Shown: positions 37,901 through 49,400 of the stretch, piece by piece
Position numbering within the stretch: the first letter of the stretch is position 1
Layout: each line of letters starts with the position of its first letter
Origin: Hydrolagus colliei
Taxonomy: Eukaryota
Assembly (NCBI GenBank): GCA_035084275.1
Contig: CM068744.1
Span: 103,106,001-103,170,000 of the forward strand
DNA: 64,000 bases
Direction: 5' to 3'
Notes under the pieces: generated by a model
What the model was told of the DNA's origin: nothing
The model's database searches: none
What the model saw: the letters and a program-made list of their open reading frames with translations, nothing else
Position numbers and translations under genes: made by a program

Positions 37901-40120
37901 TCAGATTAAATTTCCTCGCAGGACTTTGCTCATATACGTTGTCTCCATTAGCTGAAAGTGTACTGAATTAACGAGAACTTTGTGTAACAGTACAATGCAA
38001 ACTAATATTTTAAAGTTACAACTGTTTTTGTCATGCAAAAGTATCGTTAACTTCCAGATGTTCTAATTGTATGTAGCCTTTTTGTTTTAAATTAACAGCA
38101 CAAATTATTGATGGCATTACACCATTAAGTGGTCAGTTCCAGCATCCAGTGCAAACCTGCATGGAGAGACTGTTGTGTACCTTTCAGATTATCAATCCTA
38201 GACTAATGAGCAGCTCCACTGGAACTATACAACTCTAATCCCAATTCCTTACTTTTGTATTTTTTAAATCTCAGCCTCGTGCATTGACAAATAGTCCTTT
38301 GCACATATTTGCTGGCCAATCAAAGATTCAAAAAAACATTTTTTTTTAAACATCACAAATCTTTTTAAAAAAATTACAATTCTTCTGAAACACAGCTAAC
38401 TAAAAGATCACTGAAAAACATAGTTTGTAAATAAAATGCCCACAGGCTGACTTATGTGAATTAACTGATTTCAAATAATTTTTAAAAATGTCAGTGTGAG
38501 ATGGACTCTGGTTAGCCTTGAATGTAAATAAAGTGACCCCTGCAGTTCAGTGCACCTATCACATCCTCCTGACATGATAGGTGCACTACAAATGTGATTT
38601 AGTTGTTGATGAAGTGTGTAGATCTTCATAGTGAAGGAAGTGGATCATGTATCTGCAACTTCCTACTCATCACTTCTACAATGCACCTGGTATAAAACTT
38701 TGTGACGCAACAAAAAAAGGTACAGTGCTGACATAAGTGTTGTCAGAAAGATAATTTCTTCTTCTATTCCTCTTTTACACTTCAATCGCTAAAATATTTT
38801 CCACCAGTATCATTAGATTAAAACATGAGTCGGAAACATTTTGGTGGCTACGATTAAAACTAAGCTTCTCATGGAAATGAAAAATCCATACCATAAATTT
38901 CTCTCCAAAATTCTCCCAACTATCTTCATTGCATTTTCTTTCCCATTGCCCCAAAGCAAATGCACATGAAAATCCTGGCTTTTGGGGGAAAAAAAATTTG
39001 GCCAGCAACTTATTTGTGTCACATATTTGAGAACATGGGTACTGCAAAATAGGCACAATAATGAAACTTCTGTTACAAGAACACTTCATTTTACAGAGCA
39101 AATCTAATGATTAAAGCTATCAAATATCTAACTCTGGAAGCAATGATGCAAGATTTAAAAATCTAATTTACCATACTCATTAACTAACATTAGTATATAA
39201 CATTTTTTAAAATAAAAAATCGTCAATGCATTTCCTAGCCTAAACAAAGAGCAACCAACCTTCAGGTTGCTGTGGTAACACATCCTCTGACATTGTCCTC
39301 CATTCAGCTGGAGTATTCAGTGCTCGTGGGCTTTTTGCCTGATCAGATTTCTTGTGCAACCTGCTGGCTACAGAGTGCAATCGGTTTTCTCCTACTGCTC
39401 TCCAATTGAAATGCAAATGAATCTCCTCTGATGATTATATTCTCCTTAATCTAACTGTCAAGTGCAGATGTAATCTGAGTTTACAGTTCCAGCAATAAAA
39501 GACATCAGAATAAGGAGATACTTTGCTCTGATGAGATATGAAGGATAAACAAACATATTGCAGACTTTTTACCAAAACCTTGCATTGACAATAGATAGAA
39601 GATGTTCAATGAACATGCTGTACAACCATTCTTTAATTCTCCATGTGTAATTTCTAGGGTCGAATCGAATGTTCCATAAGCAAAAACAGGCTGGTTTATA
39701 TTGCACATTGCATTGACAGCATATATAGTAGCAAATTAGCATCTGTGTAACAATGAAATGTTTGAAAATACTGTACCATCATGGAAACAGTATCTACACC
39801 AGAAATCTATAATTCCTATCATTTTATCAATGACAAATTGTCTCACTTTGCAACTGTTTACCAGGGAACCGAATTTAAACTAAGTCCATAAAGTTGCCTA
39901 TCAATGAAGGCACTTACATTTCACACGTAAACTTGTTGTTAAGGATCAAGTGAATCCTCATTTAATATCTCTATAACTGATTCTCAATTCAGTGGAAAAT
40001 ATAGAGATTTCACACACATGGCATCTTTTAGAGAAAGGATAACCCTGAACAAAGAAATTCAGGCTGCATTCTCAGTATAGGGTCCAGGGACAGATGATAT
40101 TATTACTGACTAACATGATA

Positions 40121-40679
40121 CAGTAAAAGCCCGTTTATCCGTGACTCGATCCACCGGTACTTCCGTATAACCGGCACGCCCAAAAAAAGTCCCCATTCGA
40201 TAAACCGGAACTTATCCGGAAAAATAGCAGCGGAGCATTTGTAAATGCATAAATAATAACATAACAACACAATATTGTAACTTATTGTTAAAATTACTCT
40301 CTTGCGCTTTTTACCTTTGCTAGTAGATGCTGCGCTTGAAGCCATGATGCTGCGGTTGAGGTTTATAGTCCAGTGATTCTTTTTAAAATGGAGCACGCCA
40401 AGCAGGTGAAAAAAACGGAGCGCGTATGACTTTAATACTAGTACTAGTGGCAAGCCGATAACGGTAGCCGATAACCCACATTGGTGCAAGAGAGTAGTTT
40501 TAACAATAAGTACCAATATAACATTCTGTTATTACTTAGTCTGGTGTGTATGGTGTGTGTTAAAAGAAATTTAAATTTTTTTGTTGTGGGTTTTCGGCCG
40601 TGGGCCGCTCGAATATCTGGCAGGTGCTTTAACCGGTATTCGCCAGGTCCTGCGGGTGCCGATAAACGGGCTTCCACTA
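40121..40679 (-). mobile_element. Tigger/pogo-family deletion derivative retaining the transposase N-terminus
   Basis: TA-CAGTAAAAGCCCGTTTATCC ... GATAAACGGGCTTCCACTA-TA; minus ORF contains MASSAASTSKGKKRKRVILTI, a Tigger/CENP-B-like start. Confidence 0.85.
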
Positions 40680-41074
40680 TACTTCAATTTAAAAAAAACT
40701 ATTGTAGTGCTATCTTTCAGCTCAAAATGTATATTTCATCGAAATGCTTAAAATTTATACTGTATTCAAAGTAAATTTATCCACATAATGTACAACCAAT
40801 AAACAAATTATTAACTTATGGCAATGGTACCTTGATTTGAGTAATTAATACTGTACGTCAAAATATTTCCAGGACAATTGATGTCCAAACTAGAGTAAAT
40901 GCTAAGTGCGAGAAAATAATCCCAAATCAGTAAAGAGTGAAAAATCACCCATTTGCCAGAAGCTATTATATTAATTCAAAATGCTGAATTTTTCAATGAG
41001 GAAATTGAATACAATGTTAACACAAGACAGATACTTCAGAATTACTCTACACACAGATTCGTAGAAAAGGATAC

Positions 41075-41202
41075 AAGCTCTGGTATAGGGGTATGAGAGT
41101 CTTCACAGCTCGACTGGCATTGATGCCCGTTGCACGGACAAGACTAGGAAGAAGTTTTCCATTCACAATGGCTCCATCAAAGAGGGGACCAAAAAATGGG
41201 AC
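41075..41202 (-). CDS. RALGAPA2: RALGAPA2 coding exon, 128 nt, phase 0/2: [42 protein letters not shown](F)
   Basis: Lies within ORF 41047..41244; acceptor tttacag, donor TT|gtatcctttt (U12-type). Confidence 0.95.
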
Positions 41203-41339
41203 CTGTAAATTGACACATGGTTTACAATTATAACATGATTTCATTAAACATGCATGCTAATAGTTTTCCGATACATATAACAACAACAAAATTACACTTG
41301 TATATAATCTTCTAAAGGTGGCTGATTGAGGTATTTTAA

Positions 41340-41568
41340 TAATAATGCTTCCATTTGGTATTTGGCCTTTCACATTGGGAGTTGCATCTCAAAGTTCTTC
41401 ACAAAAGCTTACTGAAAAATACAGCAGTGAATTTTCACACAGAAATGAACCAATAAGAGACATTAAGTGAATAACCAATTTTATTTTGGGGATGGTTGGC
41501 CAGGATACCAGGAGAAACTCCCTTCTATTCTCAAAAAGTGACATGGAATCTTTAACCTCACCTGACCA
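41340..41568 (-). mobile_element. Degenerate Deu-type SINE interrupted by L2
   Basis: aataatgcttccatttgg..ttggccaggataccaggagaaactccc..catggaatctttaacctcacctga. Confidence 0.65.
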
Positions 41569-42015
41569 GACAACAACAAAAAATTACATTTATAGAGCCT
41601 TTCACAGCGGGAGGACATCCCAAGGCGCTGAACAGTTAGGTTCGGACCCGAGCAGGGGGGGCGTAGGGGCAGGGGGAAGGAGTAGGAAAGGGGGGAGAGT
41701 GAGGAGGGTAGCAGAAGGCACGGTCGAAGAGGAAGGTCTCGAGACCGGCCTTGGAGGAGGAAAGGGAGGAAGTGTGCCGAAGGGATTGCGGGATGGAGTT
41801 CCAGAGAGTGGGGGCAGAGAGGCTGAAAGCCTGGCCACCGATTTAGGGCGGTTTAGGAGGGGGACATAGAGCAAGCCAGAGCCTGCTGAATGGAGGGTAC
41901 GGGCAGGCTGATAGGGAGACAGCAAGTCGGAGAGATAGGCAGGGGCAATGCCGTGAATGACCTTGAAAGTGAGGACGAGAATCTTGAATTCGATCCTCTG
42001 GGGGATGGGGAGTCA
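41569..42015 (-). mobile_element. L2 LINE 3' fragment
   Basis: [12 protein letters not shown] and LSPYQPARTLHSAGSGLL; tail acaacaacaaaaaattacatttatagagcctttcac. Confidence 0.88.
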
Positions 42016-42194
42016 GTGGAGATGTGCGAGGTGGGAGTGATGTGGGAGTGATGAGTAATTTTAACAACTCATTCGAAGACTGCACCTCCAATAATTGAGC
42101 ACCATCCTCACCGTCCACCCAGTTTTATATCAGCCTAGAGTAGGTGCGTTAAATTTTCCAAAGTAGAGCTTGAGCCCACAACCAAATTCATAAA

Positions 42195-42447
42195 TCAAAT
42201 TGCGCAATTTGTGCGCAATTTGGCTGCCGCGTTTCTCCCACAAATATACAGTCAATTTTCCTACTTTCCTTCCCCAATCACAACCCCTCCCACCCTGCTA
42301 TGGTCCCTACCTCTTCTCCCCCCTTCCCTCTTGTCTTCTCCCTCCTCCCCCTACCTTGGGACGTTGTTGTATTCTGTGAAGCGCTTTGAGACATCGATAA
42401 GATGTCAAAAGTGCTCCATAAATGTTAGGATTATTATTATTTATTAT
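42195..42447 (+). mobile_element. SINE variant with C-rich insert
   Basis: gcgcaatttggctgccgcgtttctcccacaaatatacagtcaatt + pyrimidine tract + ccttgggacg + tattctgtgaagcgctttgagac..(att)n. Confidence 0.7.
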
Positions 42448-43129
42448 ATTATAAATCCAAAAACATTAAAAAATTCCAGGGTGCATATCTGCTCTCTGAT
42501 TTTATTTTAGAACACAGTGCTGCACAGACAATAATCCCTAGTCACCCTAGTAACATAAGAATCATCACTTATCCATAATGAATTGAACAGAAATCAGAGC
42601 ATGAACTGTTTTTCTTGAGAGTCTGTTTCACTTAAGTATTACTGTGTGCGTCTGTGCGTGTGCATACGTGCATCTGTGCGTGGGGGAACATCCAACCTAC
42701 AAACTCATTAATGTTGAATCTGATCTAATCTAATATTGTCTTTAGTTTAATACTCAGACTCAAGTCAAATACCTTATATACATCAATATTTGTGTCTTTT
42801 GAACATGCTGCTCTTTATTCCGTGTGACAGCTGAGATTTTAAGGCAGCATATAGAGTTCAAGGATGCAAACCCACAGGATTATTTTATTATCCGCAGAAA
42901 AAAGGTTTCATTGGTGTTCGCACATAGAGTGCTACATTGTTCACTCTAGACAAACAGTTCAGAATCCAAACATATTTATTATATAAGCAGCATCTTTATT
43001 ACATTTTAACCTCTACAGATCACCTATCCCTTTCCTTTGAATTGTACTTATGCAAGAATGTATCGCACAAATCCTATTTTACCGAGTGTCTAATACTTCA
43101 CATGACAAAACTCTTGGTTGATTTGTATC

Positions 43130-43990
43130 TTTTCTCTCCCACTCTCCTTCCCCTTCCCCCTATCCTGACCCTCCCTCCATGCTTGGGTCCCGACCTGACT
43201 GTTCAGCGCTTTGGGTCATCCTCCCAAAGTGAAAGGCACTATATAAGTGTAATTTTGTTGTTGTGGTTGTTTTCTGTATGCAACATTTTGTAAGTAATCA
43301 ATTGGAAAGCTGCAAAAAGGGTCAATAGAAGACTCAACTTAATTAAAAGTGAAATGATCGTACCATTTACCTGTACAGTTTCTTAATAGGACTTCTGTAT
43401 TTATCCTCAGAATTACTAAGAGTTGAAGCTTTATTAACTGGTAAGTTGGCTTGGAAACCACCTTGTGGGTATTTCCACTGAAGGAGTTGGCAATATGGTA
43501 AGTGAGCAGCCTTCTTTGTGTAACTGACACATACTATGCTACCTAGTTAAATATTCTATTGTTTTCGAACCAGATGGGTTTGGTAAATCTGAGATATATC
43601 AACTTTAAAAATCCAATAAACCAGCCAGTTTAGGCCATACAAGTAATACCTTTGTTTTCTCTTTGCCAATGTTCATTCAAACTAACCCCATACATCCAAC
43701 GCTTTGGGACGTCCTCCCGATGTGAAAGGCACTATACAAATGCAATTTTGTTTTTGTTGTTCATTAGTATGCATGGCACCCACCATTTGGTAAAAGGACT
43801 CTAAGTATTCTGATACATTCAGAGTAAAGTCCTTTTTTTTACTTCATCAAAGGTGATCTCATCACAAAAACTAATATAATAATAATCCTTGCATTTCATA
43901 TAGCATTTCTTACGTCTTCTAGACGGCTCAAAGTGCTTCACAGAATATACTGTAAAGTGAATTGACGGTATATTTGTGGGCGAAACAATA
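43130..43990. mobile_element. Cluster: L2 tails (+) at about 43130-43270 and 43695-43760; SINE 3' fragment (-) at about 43873-43986
   Basis: gcgctttggg..gtgaaaggcactat..(ttg)n twice; taataatccttgcatttcatatagc..tgggcgaaac. Confidence 0.75.
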
Positions 43991-44230
43991 AGTCAGCGAT
44001 CAGGACAGATTACAGGAATCTTCCCTCACTTTTCCTAAATCCTTGATTGAGATAAATTAATGAGATTATAGATCCACATTTAGAGAAGGAAAAGCAACCT
44101 GCCTTTTGTTTTTGCCAAGAGAAAGTTTTTAAAGCAATGACTTCCTTACATTTGGGACACTATGCTGCAACGTCGTGATTCTTTGTTCAATGAAACATTT
44201 ATAACTTTGCACAGGTTGGTTCTTACTCTT

Positions 44231-45240
44231 ATCATAGAATCATAGAATTTTACAGCACAAAAGGAGGCCATTCGGTCCATCTAGTCTGTGCCGGCTCTTT
44301 GAAAAGAGCAACTCAATCCCACTGCCCCGCTCTCTTCCCATAACCTAATAGACCTGTTCTCCCTAAATAAAGATTTAATTCTCTTTTAAAAGCTGTTATC
44401 GAATCGGCCTCCACCACCTTTTCAGGCAATGCATTCCAAATTCGAACAACCCACTGAGTGAAAAAAGTTCTCCTCAGCTCCCCTTTGCTTCGTTTTGAAA
44501 CTATTTTAAATCTGTGACCACGAGTCACAGATTCGCCCACCAGTCGAAACAGTTTTTCCTTATTCACCTTGTCGAATCCCCTCATGATTTTATAAACCAC
44601 TATTTGGTCTCCTCTCAACCTTCTCTGTTCTAAAGAGAATAAACCTAACCTATCTAGCCTTTCCCCATAACTGAAGTCCCTCAATCCTGGTACCATTCTA
44701 GTAACCTTCTTTGCAACCTTTCCAATGCCTTAATATCCTTTCCATAGTGTGGTGACCAGAATTTGATACAGTACTCCAGCTGAGGCCTAACCCAAGTTTT
44801 ATGGAGGTTAGTCAGCACTTCCTGACTTTTGTACTCTATACCCCTATTTATAAAGCCTAGACTCCCATATGCCTTCTTAAAGGCTTAGTCTACCTGTCCT
44901 GCCACCTTCAAAGAGTCGCTAATACAAATCCCCAGGTCTCTCTGTTCCCTCGCACCCCTTAAAATTGTACTATCCAGCCTATACTATCTTCCCTCATTTC
45001 TTCTCCAAAAATGTATCACCTCAAACTTCTCTGCATTAAACTTCATCTACCATGTGTCTGCCCACTTTACCATTTAACTACATCTTCTTGCAGATTGTTA
45101 CTATCCTCCTCACTATTTACTATTCTCCCTAACTTAGTATCATCTGCAAACTTGGAAACTGTGCTCCCTACACCCAAGTCCAGATTGTTAATATATATTA
45201 AAAAGAGCAGTGGTCCCAATACCGATCCCTGGGGGACTAT
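44231..45240 (-). mobile_element. CR1 LINE 3' end (~1 kb, 5'-truncated)
   Basis: ORF 45067..45279 ([26 protein letters not shown]) and ORF 44313..44696 (LGLFSLEQRRLRGD..TRGH..FFTQ.VV.IWNALP); (ATTCTATG)n tail at 44231-44248. Confidence 0.93.
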
Positions 45241-45784
45241 ATTTTGCAATAAATTATTTGGAGTCATAATTTTCTGCAATCATCAATTTACATCAACAAA
45301 GCTCCTTTCATGTTGGAGGATGTCTCAAAACACTTCAGTGCCACAACAACCAAAGCACCCTGCCTCTCATCCTTGTTGGCTCCACTAGCTCCCTATCCCC
45401 CAACTTTAAGATACTCATCGTTGCCTTCAAAAGCCTGCACAGTCTTGCCACCATACTTCCGTGAAATTTGACCACTCTTCTGATCACTCCCTCCATTTCC
45501 ATCAATCCTGGCATGTCCTACCTACTCCATAATCAGCCAGTAAACTTACAGCTATGCCCCAGCGCCATCCCCCCAGAACTCTTTCTCTGCCTCAGCTCCC
45601 TCCTACACGTTCAAAGCCTATCTAAAGACTTCTAATATTTATCTTATGGTTTAGTGGCTAACATAAGGGTAGTGGTGACGGTGGGAGTGAATGTCTCAAT
45701 TAGTTTGACTATAAGGATTAACTATAAAGGGTTTATAGGATTGACTGTAAAGTGTTACTGGCTATTTGTAGGCTTTCTGTCGAT

Positions 45785-46475
45785 TGTATTTCATCTGCGC
45801 AACATTGCCAGGCTCCGCAACTATCTTACCCCCCGCGCTGCCGAAACACTCGTGCACGCGTACATCACCTCACGGCTGGATTACGGAAATTCTCTCCTAG
45901 TCGGCCTCCCCAGTTCCTCCATTCATAGGCTGCAGGCCATCCAAAACTCTGCAGCCCGTGTACTATCCCGCACCCGCCTCCGTGACCACATAACCCCCAC
46001 CCTCGCCCGTCTCCACTGGCTCCCCATCCTCCAGAGGATCGAATTTAAGATCCTCGTCCTCACCTACAAGGCCTTGCACGGCCTTGCCCCATCCTACCTA
46101 GCCGATCTACTCTCCCCCTACACGCCCACCCGGACCCTCCGTTCAACAGGACTTGGCCTGCTCCAAGCCCCCCGCCCGAACCACCCTACCATCAGAGGCC
46201 GGGCCTTCAGTTTCTCCGCTCCCACCTTATGGAATGCCATCCCTCAATCCCTACGTTTCACCTCTTCCCTTTCCTCTTTCAAGGCCGATTTGAAGACTTT
46301 CCTCTTCGATCGTGCCTTTTGTTCTACCCCGAACTCTTTTACCTCCCCTTCGTGTTTCACCCCTTCCCAAACACTCCCCTCCCAGCTCGGGTCACACGCC
46401 TCTTGTTTAGCGCCTTGGGACGTCCTCCCGACGTGAAAGGCGCTATATAAATGTAAATTGTTGTTGTTGTTGTTG
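45785..46475 (+). mobile_element. Young 5'-truncated L2 LINE 3' end
   Basis: Uninterrupted frame [33 protein letters not shown]; (GTT)n tail; nearly identical to 57461-58148. Confidence 0.93.
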
Positions 46476-49400
46476 TATCTTTGGCTGAGTGAAAATTGCT
46501 ATAATAAGAGCAATTGTTTTATATTACGGCATGAGTAAACGTGCTATTTTTAATTGAAGAGTTCTGAGAATACAGGCGGCAGCAATATAATTGATGAACA
46601 ATCATGCTTACTGGAATAAGATTAAGATAGTACAGGGAATGAGAGATGCATGTATACCACTCTCAGAGGCAGTCACATGCATTTCATCAAAGCAAGTAGG
46701 CATTTTCCTCTCGACTTCTTTGCCTGCAGGATCTGACTCATGACATGTGGAAGAGACAAAGTGGTACAGAAATATCATATTTTTCATGAATCACTAACTA
46801 CTCCAACAGCTGCTTGTTTTAGCAGCTTCAATCTCTTGAAGAAAAATAAACTGTAAAATATGAGAGAGTCAGGCTTTCAATAATTATCAGCATTTTAAGC
46901 CACAAATTCTTCCATCTGGACATGGACTTATTGAACAAATAAATGGCACCTATTATCCTCCTGTCGTGCAATTACTACCGGATGACTGCGACAGTCATTG
47001 AATAAGGAGACAAAAGGAATAAAAAAGATCTCTTGCACCCAGGGAATTCCTCTAATTAGAGTTGGCAGCAAATTTCAACAGGAATTCAGTTTTGCTCAAC
47101 ATCTGCATCTGACAGCTGTCTTTCCAAGCAGCTCTCCTCCAAATAATTCTCTCAGGTTGTGACCTAAATATCTTGAGTGAAGCTAGGAAATTTGACCAAA
47201 CTGAAACAGGGATGTCTGAAAAAAAATCCAATACATTTTGTGCCAGTTTCTAATTTGCATTTTCTTTCATGAGGGTTTACAATTGTATCCTTCAATATAA
47301 CTTTATATACAGTATACAGTGTACAGTCAATATACAGTGAGTTGAAAGATGGTTTTATCATCTTAGTTCAAACCTGCATCGCATCAGCCAAGAAGTAATG
47401 AAAGAGTTTAGAATATTCTTGTTACGAGTGTTATATAAAACTGAGTACAATTATTTTCTTATAAAAAAGGAAAAAAACACTGGTTAGGCGCACAAACACA
47501 TCCTTCTGCACTAAAAGCTACATTGTCTTTTGGTTAATAACAGAATTTAATTATTGTTGTCTGCAAATTGATGGCTATCATGTGGTAGCAACCCTCCTAG
47601 TGACGAATCGCAATGTTGTTTCTGACTAACGCATATTTTATTGCTTTTAGTCTTTAATGACATTAGGTCTAATAAATAAACAGTATATCAGATCAAAGTT
47701 TCAAAAAGGAACATTTCTAATCAGAATACTGAATCTGGCAAATTTGCTAACTTGAAATCAATAGCAAAGAATGCAAACAATAATCACTCCAAATACTCAG
47801 CTGAGATATGCAAAAGATTTAGTTTCAGAAGTGCAGTTATTTTGAATAGAAGAGGTTGTTGTGTGAGAAGGTCGCCGCATTTACAGTTGCTCTGAATTTT
47901 TTGGAAAAAAAATTAAGTGTCTTAATTAATAACCTGATGACTCTGCCACAATTTCATTTGACCATAAGTCTGGTAATATTGGACAAGTGGGGCCATTAAT
48001 GTGTTGAACTTTATAGCAAATGGGTGAGAATTAATCTCACTTGACTAGCTGCAAACTAACAAGGCTCTGTGTCCTGGGGAACCCACGGTATGTCCCTAGT
48101 GGTATTTGCAGTGCAGTGAGCCTGCATGACATTCTTAGTCCCATTCTGCAGGCAGCTTCTGCTCTCATTGTTTGCTCTATCCCCTGTATCTGTGACGCGT
48201 GGAGACCATTCGTATTGACAGATTTCCTATTCTTCTAGAGTAAGTCTTTGTTTGATGGATGGGGTTGCAGTTCATGATAATTGCATCACTTAATTATTGA
48301 AGACAAAAACTGTGCAAATCAATGAGTGGTTGCCAAGCGGTGAATAAAAGACAAAAAGGTGGACATTCGTAACAAAAGTGAAAGCTATTTGATCAGAAAA
48401 TTCTTCCATAATGTTAATAAATTGAATTTAAAAAAAATCACTAACATTGTCTACACATCCTGCCTTCTGTGCCAACAAAAAGGCTAACATCAGTTTCACA
48501 AATAAGCAGCATGTTTGAAACCTTGTCCACAACAATGTCTGTTTCCATGGATCCTGTAACTTGATAAAGAAAACCATTTGATGAGGGAATGCAATTTAAA
48601 TGCCACAGTCCACAAGAACCGCAATATGCATTACTCCCAGCAAGTCTCATCCTCCAGTTTAGGGTTATCACTGGGATAAATCCGTTTTAATACTTGGTCT
48701 GCAAATACTTGTGAAAGATTAATGGTGGATGAAGGGTTTTCTTTCTTCCCACTTTCGTTGATGAGTAGAAAGATTCATTTTATTTGGAATAAATCAGTTT
48801 TATGATCACATTCAAACCTGGGTTGCTATCTACATTTGAACTATCCGAGAGGGAACTTGAAAAGACTTTGGGTAAAACAATGTGAAACTATGACCACTAC
48901 CTGGTTTTATTAACCATTTGCACGTGTCAAATGAATGTTCTCAAGGACTGGGTGGTGGGGAGGGGGGGGGGGGTTGGTGAGTGGAATAAAGATAAAGAGT
49001 GAATGTGTGATTGTGTGAGAGAGAGAGAGAGAAAGAGGAAGACAAAGACAGGGGAGGAGGATACAGTAAATCACCTCGGAGGCGGCACAGAAGAATTCTC
49101 TAATCAAATACCTTTTACTTTATAACATACCATCTTTTTGCATTAACCTTTCTTGTCCTGTATTCACTACCATACTTCAGAATTCAATAATTAAGCTAAA
49201 TGTAAAATAAAAACTTATAATAACTTATACCTTGATGATTAGATGCACCAAGGCAGTGAGATAGCTTGAGAGCAGCCTCCAATACATTTTTCCTGTACAC
49301 ATTGGAAGGCGGCCAACAGTTGGACTGCTCCAAGGAAAGATGGTTGAGGCCAGATCATTGAAACACAGATTTTTTCGGACCAGCAGGGTGTCTGATAGAA

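Larger units (their letters stand above)
10992..41074 (-). other. RALGAPA2: U12-type (minor spliceosome) GT-AG intron, 30,083 nt
   Basis: 5' splice site GTATCCTTT (41074-41066); branch site TCCTTAAC (11010-11003) just upstream of the AG; no polypyrimidine tract (ctgctgtacag). Confidence 0.93.
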
